Source: Psammoneis japonica (Eukaryota). From it: DNA of 64,000 bases. The notes below the pieces were generated by a model. The model made no database searches and was not told the DNA's origin. It saw nothing but the letters and a program-made list of their open reading frames with translations. Shown here piece by piece: positions 25,448-37,233 of the stretch. The stretch's first letter is position 1. Every line of letters starts with the position of its first letter. Position numbers and translations under genes: made by a program. The stretch is taken from contig QPGO01000051.1 in the NCBI GenBank assembly GCA_008632985.1, positions 248,001 to 312,000 of the forward strand, given 5' to 3'.

Positions 25448-28400
25448 ATGGCATACGCTGTCGGCATCATTTGTCCACAATGCCATCTCTCATCAATGAA
25501 AAAGATGCTCCAACTGCACAGGCCCAGGACGGGTTGGAAGTTGGAACCACCAGCAACCACTGCAGCAGGCACAATCTTCTGCTCGCATCACAACAATCCA
25601 CACAAGAAGGACAAGTCCAGTGACGAGCCGAGCGACGAGGCAAAAGCGAGTGAGGTGGACCACGTCAATCGACTTGCCACTGAGCTTGAGGCCTCCTTTT
25701 GGAAGACTCAAATGAGGGTGAGGCAGAAGAGCGCGAAGACAGTCCATGATGCTCCAAGCATGCGCAGAAATGCAAGACAAAGCAGACCGAACTGAAGATG
25801 GCTACAAGACAGCGGTTGCAGCATTTGACGTTTTTGCCAAAAAAAGGACATCCACCAGTCCGTCAGTTGGAACGAAAGCATCTGCGTGGAGAAACTCTCA
25901 CTGTGCCGAACTGCAGCAAATTGATGAGGCAATTCTATGCTTTCTCAATGGAGCACAAGATTGAACGCAAAGGTGCTCACAAGGGGACTCATTGGAAGCC
26001 CAAGTCACAGGCACAATGTGGTTCTGGTGTGCACATGGTGCTCAAGAAGAAGTTGGGGCATGGAGCACTTTACAAAAAATCCAAGCATGACGAACTCAAC
26101 AAATCTCTAAAAGCAAGGGCCCGCGTGCACTGTTTGCAAGTGAGGAGAAGGAGTGTCTCAATGGCAGCAATCGTCCTCAAAAAAAGGATGATGACAACTG
26201 CATGGCTTGGTGGGACAGGGCTTGCAAGACATTGAAGTCCGTGTCTCTCAAGCATGTTTTTAATTTGGTTGAGCAGCACAACAAAGCCGCGCCCTTGTGC
26301 AACAAGCTGGTTGATGAAAAGAAGGCAGCATCAACTCGCAGCTTCAAAGCTGGCACAAGTGAGGAGAGGAAGGTTGTTGATGGAAAATCCAAATTGGAAA
26401 ACAAAGTGGGAGCTGTTGTTTCGGCATTGGAAAAAACTGCAAACGATGATGAACAAGATTGAGAAAGAGGGCAAGAGGGCGGTGGCTTAAAAACTCCAGT
26501 CACATTGACAGCAGATTGGCGTGCTGTTTGCATCACCAGTGTTCATTGCAAGAGTCTCAAATTTGACAACCTAACATGCTCTGTCGTGCGACGCCACTGG
26601 CAGTTTCGGGTCGACGGCAGATTGGCTTGCTGTTTGCACCACTGGCATTCATTGCAGGAGTCTCAATTTTGGCTGCTGCATCATGTGCTCCATCACATGT
26701 CACACGACATGTGATGGTGTGACACTGCCAACAGTTTCGGATCGACCATTGGGAATCGAAATGCTGCACAACCTGCATCCTTTGCACACGCTTTCCCCAG
26801 TGTGTGCTTCTCCAAATTTGAAATTGCTGCATGGTTTCAAACAAAACAGAAATCCACAATTCACAATGACACACATGGAGTCAAAGTCATTGGATGCATT
26901 GTGCAATTTATGTTGAGAATGAAATGAGCAACGGGAAAATCGGTGAAAGCATCATTGAGACATCACGCCGTAAAGTGGGACACCGGCGGCTCGCATCATT
27001 GTGCTGCTGCAGTTTGCTGCGTGCAAATTGACTTGGCGAAACTTTGTGAGGGTTTCGTGTCCCTTGGAAATTGTGCGTGTTGTGTGCGATTGATTGTGTG
27101 TCTGTGCATGGCACTTGCATGTGTGTCGTGTCCCTCAGGAATTGGGTGCACTGTCCCTCTGAGTCGGTCTGACACAGAAAATTCTGCAATTTCCCTCCGT
27201 TCTCAACAGGCTCTATCTCTGCACTCAGTTTTGTGGCCAATTCACTTGGCTCTCCAAGCGAGGCTGCCTCCCGGCTGCTGAGCGAAAAATCTGCAAATTC
27301 ACAGATTAATTTGTGAAGGCAAATCTGAGTGCTTCATTTTCGCTTCAGACAAGCAAACGTTGCAGTTTCAACAACTGTGAGTCTGCACTTGATGTGAAAC
27401 AACAAACCAGTTGCGTGTTTGTCATTGCAACAAAGAGCCATGTTGTGTTTTGTTTGTGAGAAAAGGCAGTGCAATCGCCCAAAAAGGGTGGCATTTTTGT
27501 TGAAATCTTGCAATGCATCGGCATGAGTTGCCATCACAAGAAGGCAGTTTCCTTTGAAAATGACAACTTCTTGTTGTTTCTTGTGCATCATGTCATTTTT
27601 TGTCAACCAAAGCAGAAAAAATGCCTGCACCTTGAATTGCACCAGAGGGTGCTGCCCCCTCATTGCAACAACGATCTTTGAGGGTGACAAACGTCGTGTC
27701 TCGCAACTCTCTGTGCAGTGGCTGTGTGGGGATTTGGAGTTTGTTGCAAATTTTTCAATGTCACAAATTTTGATTTGGCAGTCAGTTGCCATGATTGGAA
27801 AATTCTGCTGTTTCTCTCCGCTCTCAATGGGCTCCATCTCTGCACTTGGTTTTGCAGTCAAACTCACTTGGCTCCAAGCAAGGCTGCCCCCCAGAAACCT
27901 GAGAAACTCTCACTTTTCCACAGGAGCTTGCTCACAATGCAAAGTCCAAAGCAGCTGGCCCACTGGCTGACAAGCATTGCATTTTTCTTCTGGCCTCCTG
28001 CAGCTCCCCCACCTGCTGCAGCCAAAGTCACAGAGACAATCACCCCCCCCCCCCCTGGCATTCCAGACTGCTGCTGCCAAAAAGCACAGGTGCCCTCATG
28101 TTTATTTGGCAAAGCTTTGGGACACACCTTGCAATTGTGGCACTCCACTTTTGCTGCAAGTGGCGGGAGGGCACGTGCTCCATCACAGCTGGCTCTGAGC
28201 AGCTGTGCACATGTGCAGCATCTCTGGGTTGGAGATGTGTGGCTCTGCAAAAAAGCAAAAACATCCTGCCAAATGACAGCCCCTTGGGCACAATGAAGAT
28301 GCTGCATCAGCAGCCTGCAAAATCAGCCCTTGCAACAAAAAATTCAAGTGTGTGACCTCAAGCAACATGGTGGCCAAGTGGGTCCATGAGGCAACAACAG

Positions 28401-31300
28401 TGCTGGGGCTGCTGAAATGGGGCACAGACGCGTTCCAGGTCTAGGTGGGACCTCGCACTACTGAACTGTGACATCGATAGTTTTTTGAATCACGTCGTAT
28501 GTCGCGCACGTAGATTTCTACGTGATTTTTTTGACATTTTGTGTCATTTTACGGTACACTTATTGAGCGATCCGTCCAACAACTTTTGACATTTTTTGTT
28601 ACAGCGCGATTCTATAATGTCTTAAGAATCGCGTAGGGCAGGTGCATTTGCAAAAACGTCGAGTGGTAAGAGGCATAATTGTACCACAAACTTGGCCGTT
28701 TATTTGATGTTGAAGATAAATGTATGCATTAATTAAATTCTCGTACTACGGAGCTCGCACGTAGAATTCTACGGGCCCAATGTCACACGGAGTCCCACCT
28801 AGGGCTGGAACGCGTCCACAAAACTGCTGACACAAGCTCCCTTGTGTCCTTCCTTTCACATGGCTGTCCACAAAAGCAAGCCAGCCATGGCACCACTCAC
28901 AAGTGCACCAGCAGGCACTGGTCCAGCAGCATCATGCCACTCAGGTGTGCCCAACAGCAGCTGGTGGGTGCCGTTGACAATGTCGCCTCAGAAGCCATGT
29001 TGGAAGCACATTTCTTTCTCAACTTGGCAGAGGACAATGAACAAGCCATCACCCCACCCACCATCCAAAAGATGGCCAAGGCTTTGCAGCTGGATGTGGC
29101 TGCACACCAACCAACTTGCCTCTGCACTTGTCTTGTCAAAGCATGCACAGAGGAGCAGACAGCACTGTGGATCCCTGCTCCAAGCCTTGCAAAGTTTTGC
29201 ACGAGAAGCAGGCAGTTGTTGACAAAGATGTGAAAAAAGCCATTTCCAAAATTGCGCCAGCACTCCAAGGCCGTTGGTTGGAGAACCTCTCATGCATCAA
29301 AGCCACTTTCAAGACCTTTGCTTGGTGTGCTGACAAAGGGTTGCCATTTGGCGCAGATCTGTTGAATGACAAATGCATTGTTTGGCTGGCGCAAATCATC
29401 TCACATTGCTCAGGCTCCCTTTCTTCCCTCTGAGCAATGCCAGAGTTTCACAAAGAGCAAACTGCCAAGCAGTGGAGACCCACTTGCACCAAAGGAAAAT
29501 GAAGCAGTTTGTGCAAGTGTGTCTTCATGGCCAACAGTGTTTTCAGGCAAAGAGATGCCCCAATGTTGTTGCACTTGCAGGAGCTCCAAAGATTGGAGGT
29601 CAATCATGCTGTCATGATCTTGCCATTGGCCAGCCATGCCAGCTGTGCAGCTGACCAACATGTTCCCCAATGCACTGAAGATGCAGCAAGAACAGCACAA
29701 AAATCAGCTGGGTGTTTGTGGCCTGAACAGTGCTGGGTGCTGGGGGGCCTTGGGGCATTTTTGAGCCAAAATGCCATCTTCTTGCAGGGTGCATCTTGCC
29801 CAGAAAGAAAGCCTGGGAAGCTGCAAATTGCAGCATGCATGCAGACAAAAGGTCATTTTTGTCACGCCCTTTGTGACATTTAAAGGCTGCAACACATCGC
29901 CGCGACACATTGACTCTTGTTGGCAGCTGCATGTTGCGCTCCTCCCCATGTGTCACGCGTCCATGCGGCTCTTTACTGACGTGCACTGACACTGCACAGT
30001 TTTGGCAGAACAGTGTGGGTGTGTGCGAAGGAACACACAGAACTGCACAGAGTTTTGCGCGTTCGACAGTGATCAACGTTGCTGCGGACAACTCCCACTC
30101 AGGGTTTCGAACCCCTGGCCTCCTGCCCAATGGTTGCGATGAACCACTCCGCTGTGAATTCACAACGCAGCATGCGTGCAGACAAAAGGTTGTTTTTGTC
30201 ATGCCCTTTGTGACATTTAAAGGCTGCAACACGTCGCCGTGATGCGCCTGACTCTTGTTGGCAGCTGTGCACTGCAAAATGGATCAAACATGTGCATGGC
30301 ATGCAGCAGTGCATCTCTGGCAACAACCAAGTCGCGCATGCTTTGGCAAAAAAAGGCACGCGTGAAAGCCTTGATGCACTGTGAGCGATGGAGGACAATC
30401 ATCTGTGTGGAAAGCAGTTGGCGCAGCATTTGAAAAAAGCAACAAATGTGCAGAAGTGTTTTGTCTTGAGGATCAAAGAAACAAGACAAGAAAAATGTGA
30501 GAATGTCTTGGGAGCAAAATTGCACAGAGAAAAAGCGTGACCAGCTGGGGCAACATCGCCAAGAAAAGAGCCACCATGATGGTGACAGCACTTCCAATTA
30601 AAGGCAAAATGGAGTGTCATGCCTTGCACCACCCTTGGCATCTTCATCATGTTGCAAGCGCCTGTTGCTCCAAAGTGCCGTGGCAGGTTGGCACTGTGAG
30701 CAGCAGGCAGTCAAACACAATTTCGTTCACAGCATTCCCAACAAACCATCTCTGCCATTGGCGCATGCCATTCAGCAAGGAAATGAAATGCTCTGCTCAG
30801 TTTGGACAAGGAAATCAGTGTTTTTTCATCTTTTTCTCAACCCTTCACTGTCTCTCTTGTCTTCCACTGTGTTTTGGTGCTGATTTGTCACTGGAAATTT
30901 GAAATGGGATGGCTCAAAGGTGGCACACCCATGCTTGGAATCCACTTTTGGGATGGTGATTTGTGTCTAGAAGGTGCTGAGCCAAAGGTGGGAGCCATTG
31001 GAGGCATTTGCAGATGAATCATCTATTGTAAATGAGATGGGGCCAAAGTGGTGCAGTCTGTTCCTCTGCTCGTTGCAAGCTTTCTCTGGAAAGGCACCCT
31101 CTGCCCCCCATTGGCAAGAGAGCTCGGATCCGCTAATTCTTTTACTGAAGACATTGTGCCAGGTCAAACTGCATGATGCACAAGAAAGACATGATGAAGC
31201 TTCGTCTGATGGCTCGACTCCCTTGAAGGAGCTTTCCAGTTGAACAGACAAATCAGGTGAAGCCGTGGAGCGGTGTCTTGCGGAGTGGACCGTGAAGGGA
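25448..31300. mobile_element. Composite TpA-depleted repeat block between the two Lhcx genes; left part may be a Crypton/tyrosine-recombinase N-terminal remnant
   Basis: Very few TA outside the MITE; frameshifted TEDGYKTAVAAFDVF...LMRQFYAF...HWKPKSQAQCGSG segment; internal ~100-bp duplications (27180-27281/27801-27903; 29830-29929/30167-30267). Confidence 0.55.
28427..28816. mobile_element. MITE copy 1 (390 bp, ~25-bp TIRs, 4-bp TSD CACA)
   Basis: gacgcgttccaggtctaggtgggac ... gtcccacctagggctggaacgcgtc, flanked by caca on both sides; homologous to 50418-50813; retains many TA. Confidence 0.9.
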
Positions 31301-31557
31301 AGAAAGACGTGTGGCACCCTTCATATGAAAGCACAACAGTACTCTCAACCTATACTTTGAAAATATATTCTGATTAAACGTGAAATGCGCAGTAAGACGA
31401 GGCAATGAACAGTGCTGAAATGCGAAAGGAAGAGGCTTGCTACCTGACTTGTTTGTAATGGTTACTATAAGGAGAGGGATCGGTCTCTCCAGCAAATGTA
31501 TGTTTGTTCTAAACCGAGGAATGGTCATCGCTTAGAATGCTCCACTTCTCCAGAACC

Positions 31558-32277
31558 CTAAGGAAACTGGACGGGGAGGGTAGACGGGTCGAAACGGTCA
31601 GTAGCGAGACCCAAGTTCACAAAGATTTCCTCCCCATTGACGAGCTCCTGTGCTACCATGCCGGCAATACCAAGCATGGCAAGACGGCCGTTCTGCAACT
31701 CCTTGGTAGACATCTCCAGGAATTCTTCGGGGTCCTCGGGTTTGAGCCCAAGAGGGTCAAAACCAACGTCACCAGGGTAGTAGTCTTCCTTGAGAGTTCT
31801 GCCAGTTCCCAAGACGTTGCCAGGATTCTCCCATCCTTCGATAGCTCGGTTGAACTCGAGACCTCCAATCACCAATGCCAGAAGCTCGAAGAAGAACGGC
31901 GATACTGCTCGAACCTCATCAAGGTGGCGGATCGCCGGGCCGATGTCTTTGTTCCAGGCTTCAAAGAGAGGGTGATACTCAATGGGCTCCTCCGTGACGA
32001 GCAAGCCGATGGCAGCCAACATGGCAACGCGGCCATGCTGCGTCTCAGCCTCGCGGTAGTTCTTCATCGTCTCGAGATCGCAATCGGTCGCAAAGCCAAA
32101 AGGATCAAAGTCCTCGACCGGAGGGAGGGAACCTGGGAGGCCCCAAGCGAACTTGCTTCCATCCGGCACCCATCCGTTGAGCTCCGCGTTGAGAGAAGTG
32201 GAAGACTTGGATACCGTGGAAGGGGCAAAGGCAGCGGCGGAACCGGCAAGGGCGAGGACGGAGGCAGCAAACTTCAT
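31558..32277 (-). CDS. LHCX: Second, divergent Lhcx-family light-harvesting protein
   Basis: Same presequence; FDPFGF, REAETQHGRVAMLA, GPAIRHL, YYPGDVGFDPLGLKP, KELQNGRLAML. Confidence 0.88.
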   Translation of the reverse strand: MKFAASVLALAGSAAAFAPSTVSKSSTSLNAELNGWVPDGSKFAWGLPGSLPPVEDFDPFGFATDCDLETMKNYREAETQHGRVAMLAAIGLLVTEEPIEYHPLFEAWNKDIGPAIRHLDEVRAVSPFFFELLALVIGGLEFNRAIEGWENPGNVLGTGRTLKEDYYPGDVGFDPLGLKPEDPEEFLEMSTKELQNGRLAMLGIAGMVAQELVNGEEIFVNLGLATDRFDPSTLPVQFP

Positions 32278-32380
32278 GGTGGGGAGAAAGATACGTTTCG
32301 CCTTGGAACACCAATCGAATTTGTGAATAGAGGATGCGGATTTTGCGAAGAGCAAAAGCGTTCTAAAGATATCGATGACG

Positions 32381-32395
32381 AACGTCACTGACGTT
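32381..32395. promoter_or_regulatory. Palindromic pair of TGACGT motifs upstream of the second Lhcx
   Basis: AACGTCA-C-TGACGTT, about 105 bp upstream of the ATG. Confidence 0.45.
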
Positions 32396-32612
32396 TGCGT
32401 ATCTATTGTATCTTGCGTGTTCCATGCCTACTCGAGTGTACCGGTACCGGTTATGTATGGTACGTATGTACTGCTGCGCCGATGTCACCGCTTGAGTCAC
32501 ATGCAGATAAAAGATTCCTTTACATGCTTCGTTGTCATGAAGGAAGAACGTTGATCGTAGAATCTCACCTTTGTTCGTTGTTCTCAGCTATCGGGCAGGC
32601 CACCATACAGTA

Positions 32613-32940
32613 TGGTACTACAAATTGCAAAACAATTGCGCGATACACGTGCCCGAAGCTCGAATATCGTTGCCCGAAGCAACATTCTTCCTTCGCGCAG
32701 ATGTCCTTTCTACATAGCATATGGTATTGAAAATCTAATTGTAGTCGCATGAGTCGTTGAAGTAATTTCATCAATGACCTCTGTGGTACTGTGCTACGTG
32801 ATCTACACAAATCGGACATTCTGGAATGCTGGTATATTTTCTACGGACTCTACGTGCGCGAAGCTCGAATTTCGTGCCCGAAGCAACAATCACCCTTCGG
32901 GCACGTGTATCGCGCAATTGTTCAGCAATTCGAAGTACCA
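32613..32940. mobile_element. Foldback/MITE-like element with ~46-bp inverted repeats
   Basis: Perfect 28-bp inverted repeat aacaattgcgcgatacacgtgcccgaag (32631-32658) / 32895-32922, extending outward with 4 mismatches; internal direct repeat cgaagctcgaat...tgcccgaagcaaca. Confidence 0.75.
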
Positions 32941-33321
32941 CCCGCCATGGCGCGCGACGGTTTCTGACAGTGGCACTTGGTGACACGCACGCCCCAGTAC
33001 AGTACGAGTACAGTATGACAAAACGAGAATAGGGAAAAATGACGTGGACATTGTGAGGATGTCAACATCTTGGTCATCATGACGTGTATCAACCTCTTAG
33101 CATAGAAGGCGGTTGTGCTCTACTAAATCAGTTGTTTCAGATTTCAGATCAGATCAGATCAGAGGAGAGGAGAGAGGAGCGATCCCTTTTATTGTTTCAC
33201 TACTTCCATCCTTTTAGTCGACTTGCCATACGTCTGACGGTACGAGAGAATGGACTAAACAGAAACAATATTACAAGTTTTTTTTTTAAAGTACCGCAGC
33301 AGCCTTCTTTCTCGATTGAGC

Positions 33322-34329
33322 ATGTTGGATGGAGCCTCCCTTTTTCATGCGGCATGCGCAATTTTGCTCGCGACAAAGGCCCCGACGATGAATCGAGAAT
33401 TCCGTTTTGTGCCGTACGGCTGCTCTTTTGACGAATCAGACAACCGTCCCACCGTGTCGTGCGATGGCCGCATCCCGGGAGGCGTTTCCCTGGAGCTGAC
33501 GCACTGGACAGACAATGAAACACCAGACGACCTGTATGCAGACACATCCACCGAAATGGCTCTCATTTTAGCCAAACAATCGTCAGCAAGACCTGAACTC
33601 GACAACGCTCTGATTCTAAACAATCATTACGATACTGACGGTGTTCTTAGTGTCTGGGCTTGTCTTGAACCGAAACAAGCTCTTATGTACGCAGACTTGT
33701 TGATTCAAGGAGCCGAGTCGGGAGACTTTGGAGAGTGGACTTCGGATGAGGGAGTAAAGCTGGATTGTATTTTAGGATCCATCCTATGCCAGCACGATAG
33801 CGAAGAAGTAGCATTCAAGAGTGCTTTCAAAGAACTACCAAGGATTCTTGAGGATCTAAGAGAAACCGGTGGGGAGTCCTATAAGGATTTGTGGATGGAT
33901 GGATTTGCAGCTGCCATGGACGACTGGCAGGATATTCAAGACGGCAAAGTGTCTTTCGAAAAGAGCAATGACAAAATCGTTACTGTGAAGGAGACGACAA
34001 AGCGTCTGTCTCCATACGCATTGTATCGAGGGTTAGTTGAAACCGACACATGGAAACAATCGACACGGGTCTTAAGAGTATCGCCCGACCAAAAGTACAC
34101 GTACGAGAAGATTGGTCATGGATGGGTTCAGAAACTCAAGCAACGACACATGGTACCTTCTGTGGACGTTGAATCGCTAGTGTCTGGACTGAATGGCGAG
34201 TATGGAGAAAACGTGTGGACACCAGGTGGGCCCAGCGGCTTGGTTGCGATTTGTCGTACGACAAGGGCTTTGAAAGAATCGCCGGAGAATATTGTAAGGT
34301 CCCTTCTAAAGTTTGATTCCGGCTGCTGA
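33322..34329 (+). CDS. DHH-like / DUF6687-type hypothetical protein
   Basis: Intact intronless ORF; SCDG...LELTHW...TP...ADTSTE and NNHYDTDG...GDF motifs. Family assignment is from memory, not a search. Confidence 0.65.
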   Translation: MLDGASLFHAACAILLATKAPTMNREFRFVPYGCSFDESDNRPTVSCDGRIPGGVSLELTHWTDNETPDDLYADTSTEMALILAKQSSARPELDNALILNNHYDTDGVLSVWACLEPKQALMYADLLIQGAESGDFGEWTSDEGVKLDCILGSILCQHDSEEVAFKSAFKELPRILEDLRETGGESYKDLWMDGFAAAMDDWQDIQDGKVSFEKSNDKIVTVKETTKRLSPYALYRGLVETDTWKQSTRVLRVSPDQKYTYEKIGHGWVQKLKQRHMVPSVDVESLVSGLNGEYGENVWTPGGPSGLVAICRTTRALKESPENIVRSLLKFDSGC

Positions 34330-34727
34330 ATGTGCTGACGAGCGTATGTAATGCAGATTCAGTAGTGTCAAGATTCGTGAATCAAGCTTCTCTAAAGAGT
34401 CAGGCGCAATCTCCGGCTACACTTTGCGCGTATTGACAAAGGAAGCTCTAACATAGTATGCTTAGTGCTTCGCAACTAGTGGGGCTTCAGTTCAAACTTA
34501 AGCAGTACCTTGCCACTTGTCTCACCAAAACCGAGGGTTAGTTGTCCGTCTTAAGCTAGTAGATTGAGATGCAGGGCTCTAGTAGTAGATGCCAAAGGAG
34601 GACGAGTATAATCGCAGTTACGACAGATATCGGACACAACACAAATCTACTAGAGTAGAGTTGTCCATGCAGTTCAAAAAACCCTTACAAGAAATCGCAT
34701 ACAAATGACAAGGCAGTACCAACATCA

Positions 34728-36944
34728 CTAAAACTCTGCACCATCAAAGTCTTCTGAAAACATTCCAAACGCTGGATCGTTTGCAGCCTTGTTGGTCCAC
34801 TCGGCCGCTGCCTTTTCCAACAAGCGTACAATATCCGAATGATTGGAAGCCCTTGCTCGGTCCATGGGGCTTTCTCCATTTCCATTGAGCAACAAGACAG
34901 CGGCGGGCGCTGCCTTGAGCAAGGGCAATATTGTATCCGTGTTGGAACAATGGGCCGCAGCAAAATGAAGCGGCGAGTCTTGAGACCGATTCTGCATGGA
35001 GGCACCGTCGGGCCATGCCTCCAATAGCATCAGCACCACCTCGTCGGGTGCTTCATAGGCCGTGGCACAATGCAATGGCAAATTGCCGTGCTTGTTTTGG
35101 ATGTAAACCGCGTCAGGATAGGCCTTGAGCAAGACCTTCACGACAGCCGCATCTCCCTTGTACTTGGAAGCATCGTGCAATGGCGTGTTGTTGCTCTTGG
35201 AACGTGCCTCGGTTCCCTTGGGATAGGCTTCAATCAATGCCTGTACTACTTCCTCCTTGGCTTGTGACTGCGCCGCCAAATGGAGTGGTAAATGACCACG
35301 TTGTGTTTTAATGGCTGCGGCTTCTGGATTGAGTTCTACCAAGTATTCAATGACATCTCGCGTCGCATGAATGTTTTGTGACGCGACATGAAGCGGTAAA
35401 CGTTTGAGCCGATCAGGAGTGGCGGCCGCCTCCTTTGTTCCCAAGGCTGTAATAATGTCTTTGGCTCCATCGGGTTGAGCCGATGCCAAGTGCAAAGGAG
35501 TGGCACCAAAATCATTCTCCATGCTGGCGGCACGTTGCGCATCAGGTCCCGTCATTAAATGCCGTGCCAGGGCAGGAGGTGGCTCAAAAAAGGCGCAACA
35601 ATGAAGTGGATTCAAGTTTTCATTATTGGTGGACGTCAAGGGAGTGTCCAGATTGCTGCTGCTGCCGCCCTGATGAGTCTTGCCCATGAAGAGGTCAATG
35701 ATTTGACACGTTTTGGGATCCAAATCTGCACCCTTCTTGACGTCCAGAGACGAAAAGGCATTTGCCACCAACATGTGGAGAGGCGTATCATCATTGACAG
35801 TACCCTCAACGAGTCCGTCGGGATTGGCTTGTACGAGTTGTCTAACAAAGTCTGGCGACATGTAATCAATACGAGCTCCAGCATAGTGAATGGGAAGCAT
35901 ACCCGCTTCATCGGCAATGGTGGCGGCCATGGGTGCTTCTTCCAAGAGTTTGGCTAAAATACTCTCGTGCGCACCATGAGCAATTGCGACATGCAGAGGT
36001 GTCGCTCCCGATGAATCTTGCAAGATGCGTGTCTCGGCCAAGCTGATATCCATTAGATACGTCAAGACCGAAACAGCCGATTGCACCACGTCTTCCTTGG
36101 GGTCTAGTCCACGCAATGCTTCACAGCACGCCTTGCTGGATACAAACATGTGCAGGGGTGTATCTCCTTCCATGTTTTGAACCGATAAAGCACGCGGTGC
36201 TCCCAAGACGAGTCTCTTGAGTACAGACGTCTCACTACTTGTTTCCAGATTGGCACACCACAAGTGCAACGCCGTGTTGCCATTCGGGTCTTGCGTCAAG
36301 AACAATTGACGCGTCTCATCGTTGCGGTCCTGCTTGAGCATATCCAGCAAGATTCCCACAAGTGGTGGCGGTGCCTTCCAAACCGCTGTATGAAGCAATG
36401 TAGAGGAGGTATCGTTGGGCGTCGGTGATGCCAATCCCCCATTCATAAAGCACACCAACTTGTCTTGAATCGAAAGACGTTCGACATTCTTCAAATGCTG
36501 ACAAAGAGACGCCCAGTCTGATTCACGTAAGGCCCGAGCCATGGGAGATTGGACCTTGCCTCCGTTGTTATTGATGTTTCTGTTCTGACCGTGTTCTTGT
36601 TGATTATGTTGCTCCTCTGGCTGAACAAAAATATACGCAGGAAAGTTGGCAGGCAGCATACTGTTGGGATCACGAGCCGGTGGACGTTCACTTCCTGCAT
36701 CACCCGCATCATAACCCAAGCGATGTGACAGTCGAGAATCACGACGATTCTGCATACCACCGAATCGATCCGGACTGAGACTGTTTCGTTCGACTTGTTG
36801 GTCTTCGTCAATACGACCCGGGCGAACCGCTTCAGAACGACCAACAGATTGACTACGACGAGAACGACGAGTAGGAGTGTTTGATGCAGCAGCAGCGGTT
36901 CTGCCCAAATCGTTGGAACTAGCACGGCGTTGGGCGGCTCTCAT
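34728..36944 (-). CDS. Ankyrin-repeat protein with disordered N-terminus (start uncertain)
   Basis: Many GNTALH/GDTPLH/GATPLH/LPLH ankyrin motifs in a long intact ORF. Confidence 0.9.
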   Translation of the reverse strand: MRAAQRRASSNDLGRTAAAASNTPTRRSRRSQSVGRSEAVRPGRIDEDQQVERNSLSPDRFGGMQNRRDSRLSHRLGYDAGDAGSERPPARDPNSMLPANFPAYIFVQPEEQHNQQEHGQNRNINNNGGKVQSPMARALRESDWASLCQHLKNVERLSIQDKLVCFMNGGLASPTPNDTSSTLLHTAVWKAPPPLVGILLDMLKQDRNDETRQLFLTQDPNGNTALHLWCANLETSSETSVLKRLVLGAPRALSVQNMEGDTPLHMFVSSKACCEALRGLDPKEDVVQSAVSVLTYLMDISLAETRILQDSSGATPLHVAIAHGAHESILAKLLEEAPMAATIADEAGMLPIHYAGARIDYMSPDFVRQLVQANPDGLVEGTVNDDTPLHMLVANAFSSLDVKKGADLDPKTCQIIDLFMGKTHQGGSSSNLDTPLTSTNNENLNPLHCCAFFEPPPALARHLMTGPDAQRAASMENDFGATPLHLASAQPDGAKDIITALGTKEAAATPDRLKRLPLHVASQNIHATRDVIEYLVELNPEAAAIKTQRGHLPLHLAAQSQAKEEVVQALIEAYPKGTEARSKSNNTPLHDASKYKGDAAVVKVLLKAYPDAVYIQNKHGNLPLHCATAYEAPDEVVLMLLEAWPDGASMQNRSQDSPLHFAAAHCSNTDTILPLLKAAPAAVLLLNGNGESPMDRARASNHSDIVRLLEKAAAEWTNKAANDPAFGMFSEDFDGAEF

Positions 36945-37233
36945 CGTCGTCGCTGTTGGATGGAGTTGGGTGCGTTTTTTTATTTCAGAGACAGAAAGTG
37001 TCATTCGGTCTTTTTTGCGATGACCCACAAATGTCCCAAATGTCCCGTGCGAAAAAATTAGAAATACAACATTCAGAATTGAAAGTAAATTATGTTCAAG
37101 TGCGTTTTTCCCTCCATCGCGAAAAATGAAAACGCTCGCCAGAAAATGAGAACTGCGATCATCATCACGCATCACGCACCCATCAAACATCAAACATATA
37201 ACAACCCTTGCTGATCAGCAGCCAAAACCAACA

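Noticed and set aside
25470..31300. Numerous Cys/His/Trp-rich ORFs in all six frames (also 1-1300, 10500-11750, 43400-44300, 57000-64000)
   Set aside because: They are a by-product of losing TAA/TAG stops in TA-depleted DNA, not real genes.
24190..32391. Long plus-strand ORFs 24190-24843 and 31537-32391
   Set aside because: Antisense shadows of the codon-biased Lhcx genes.
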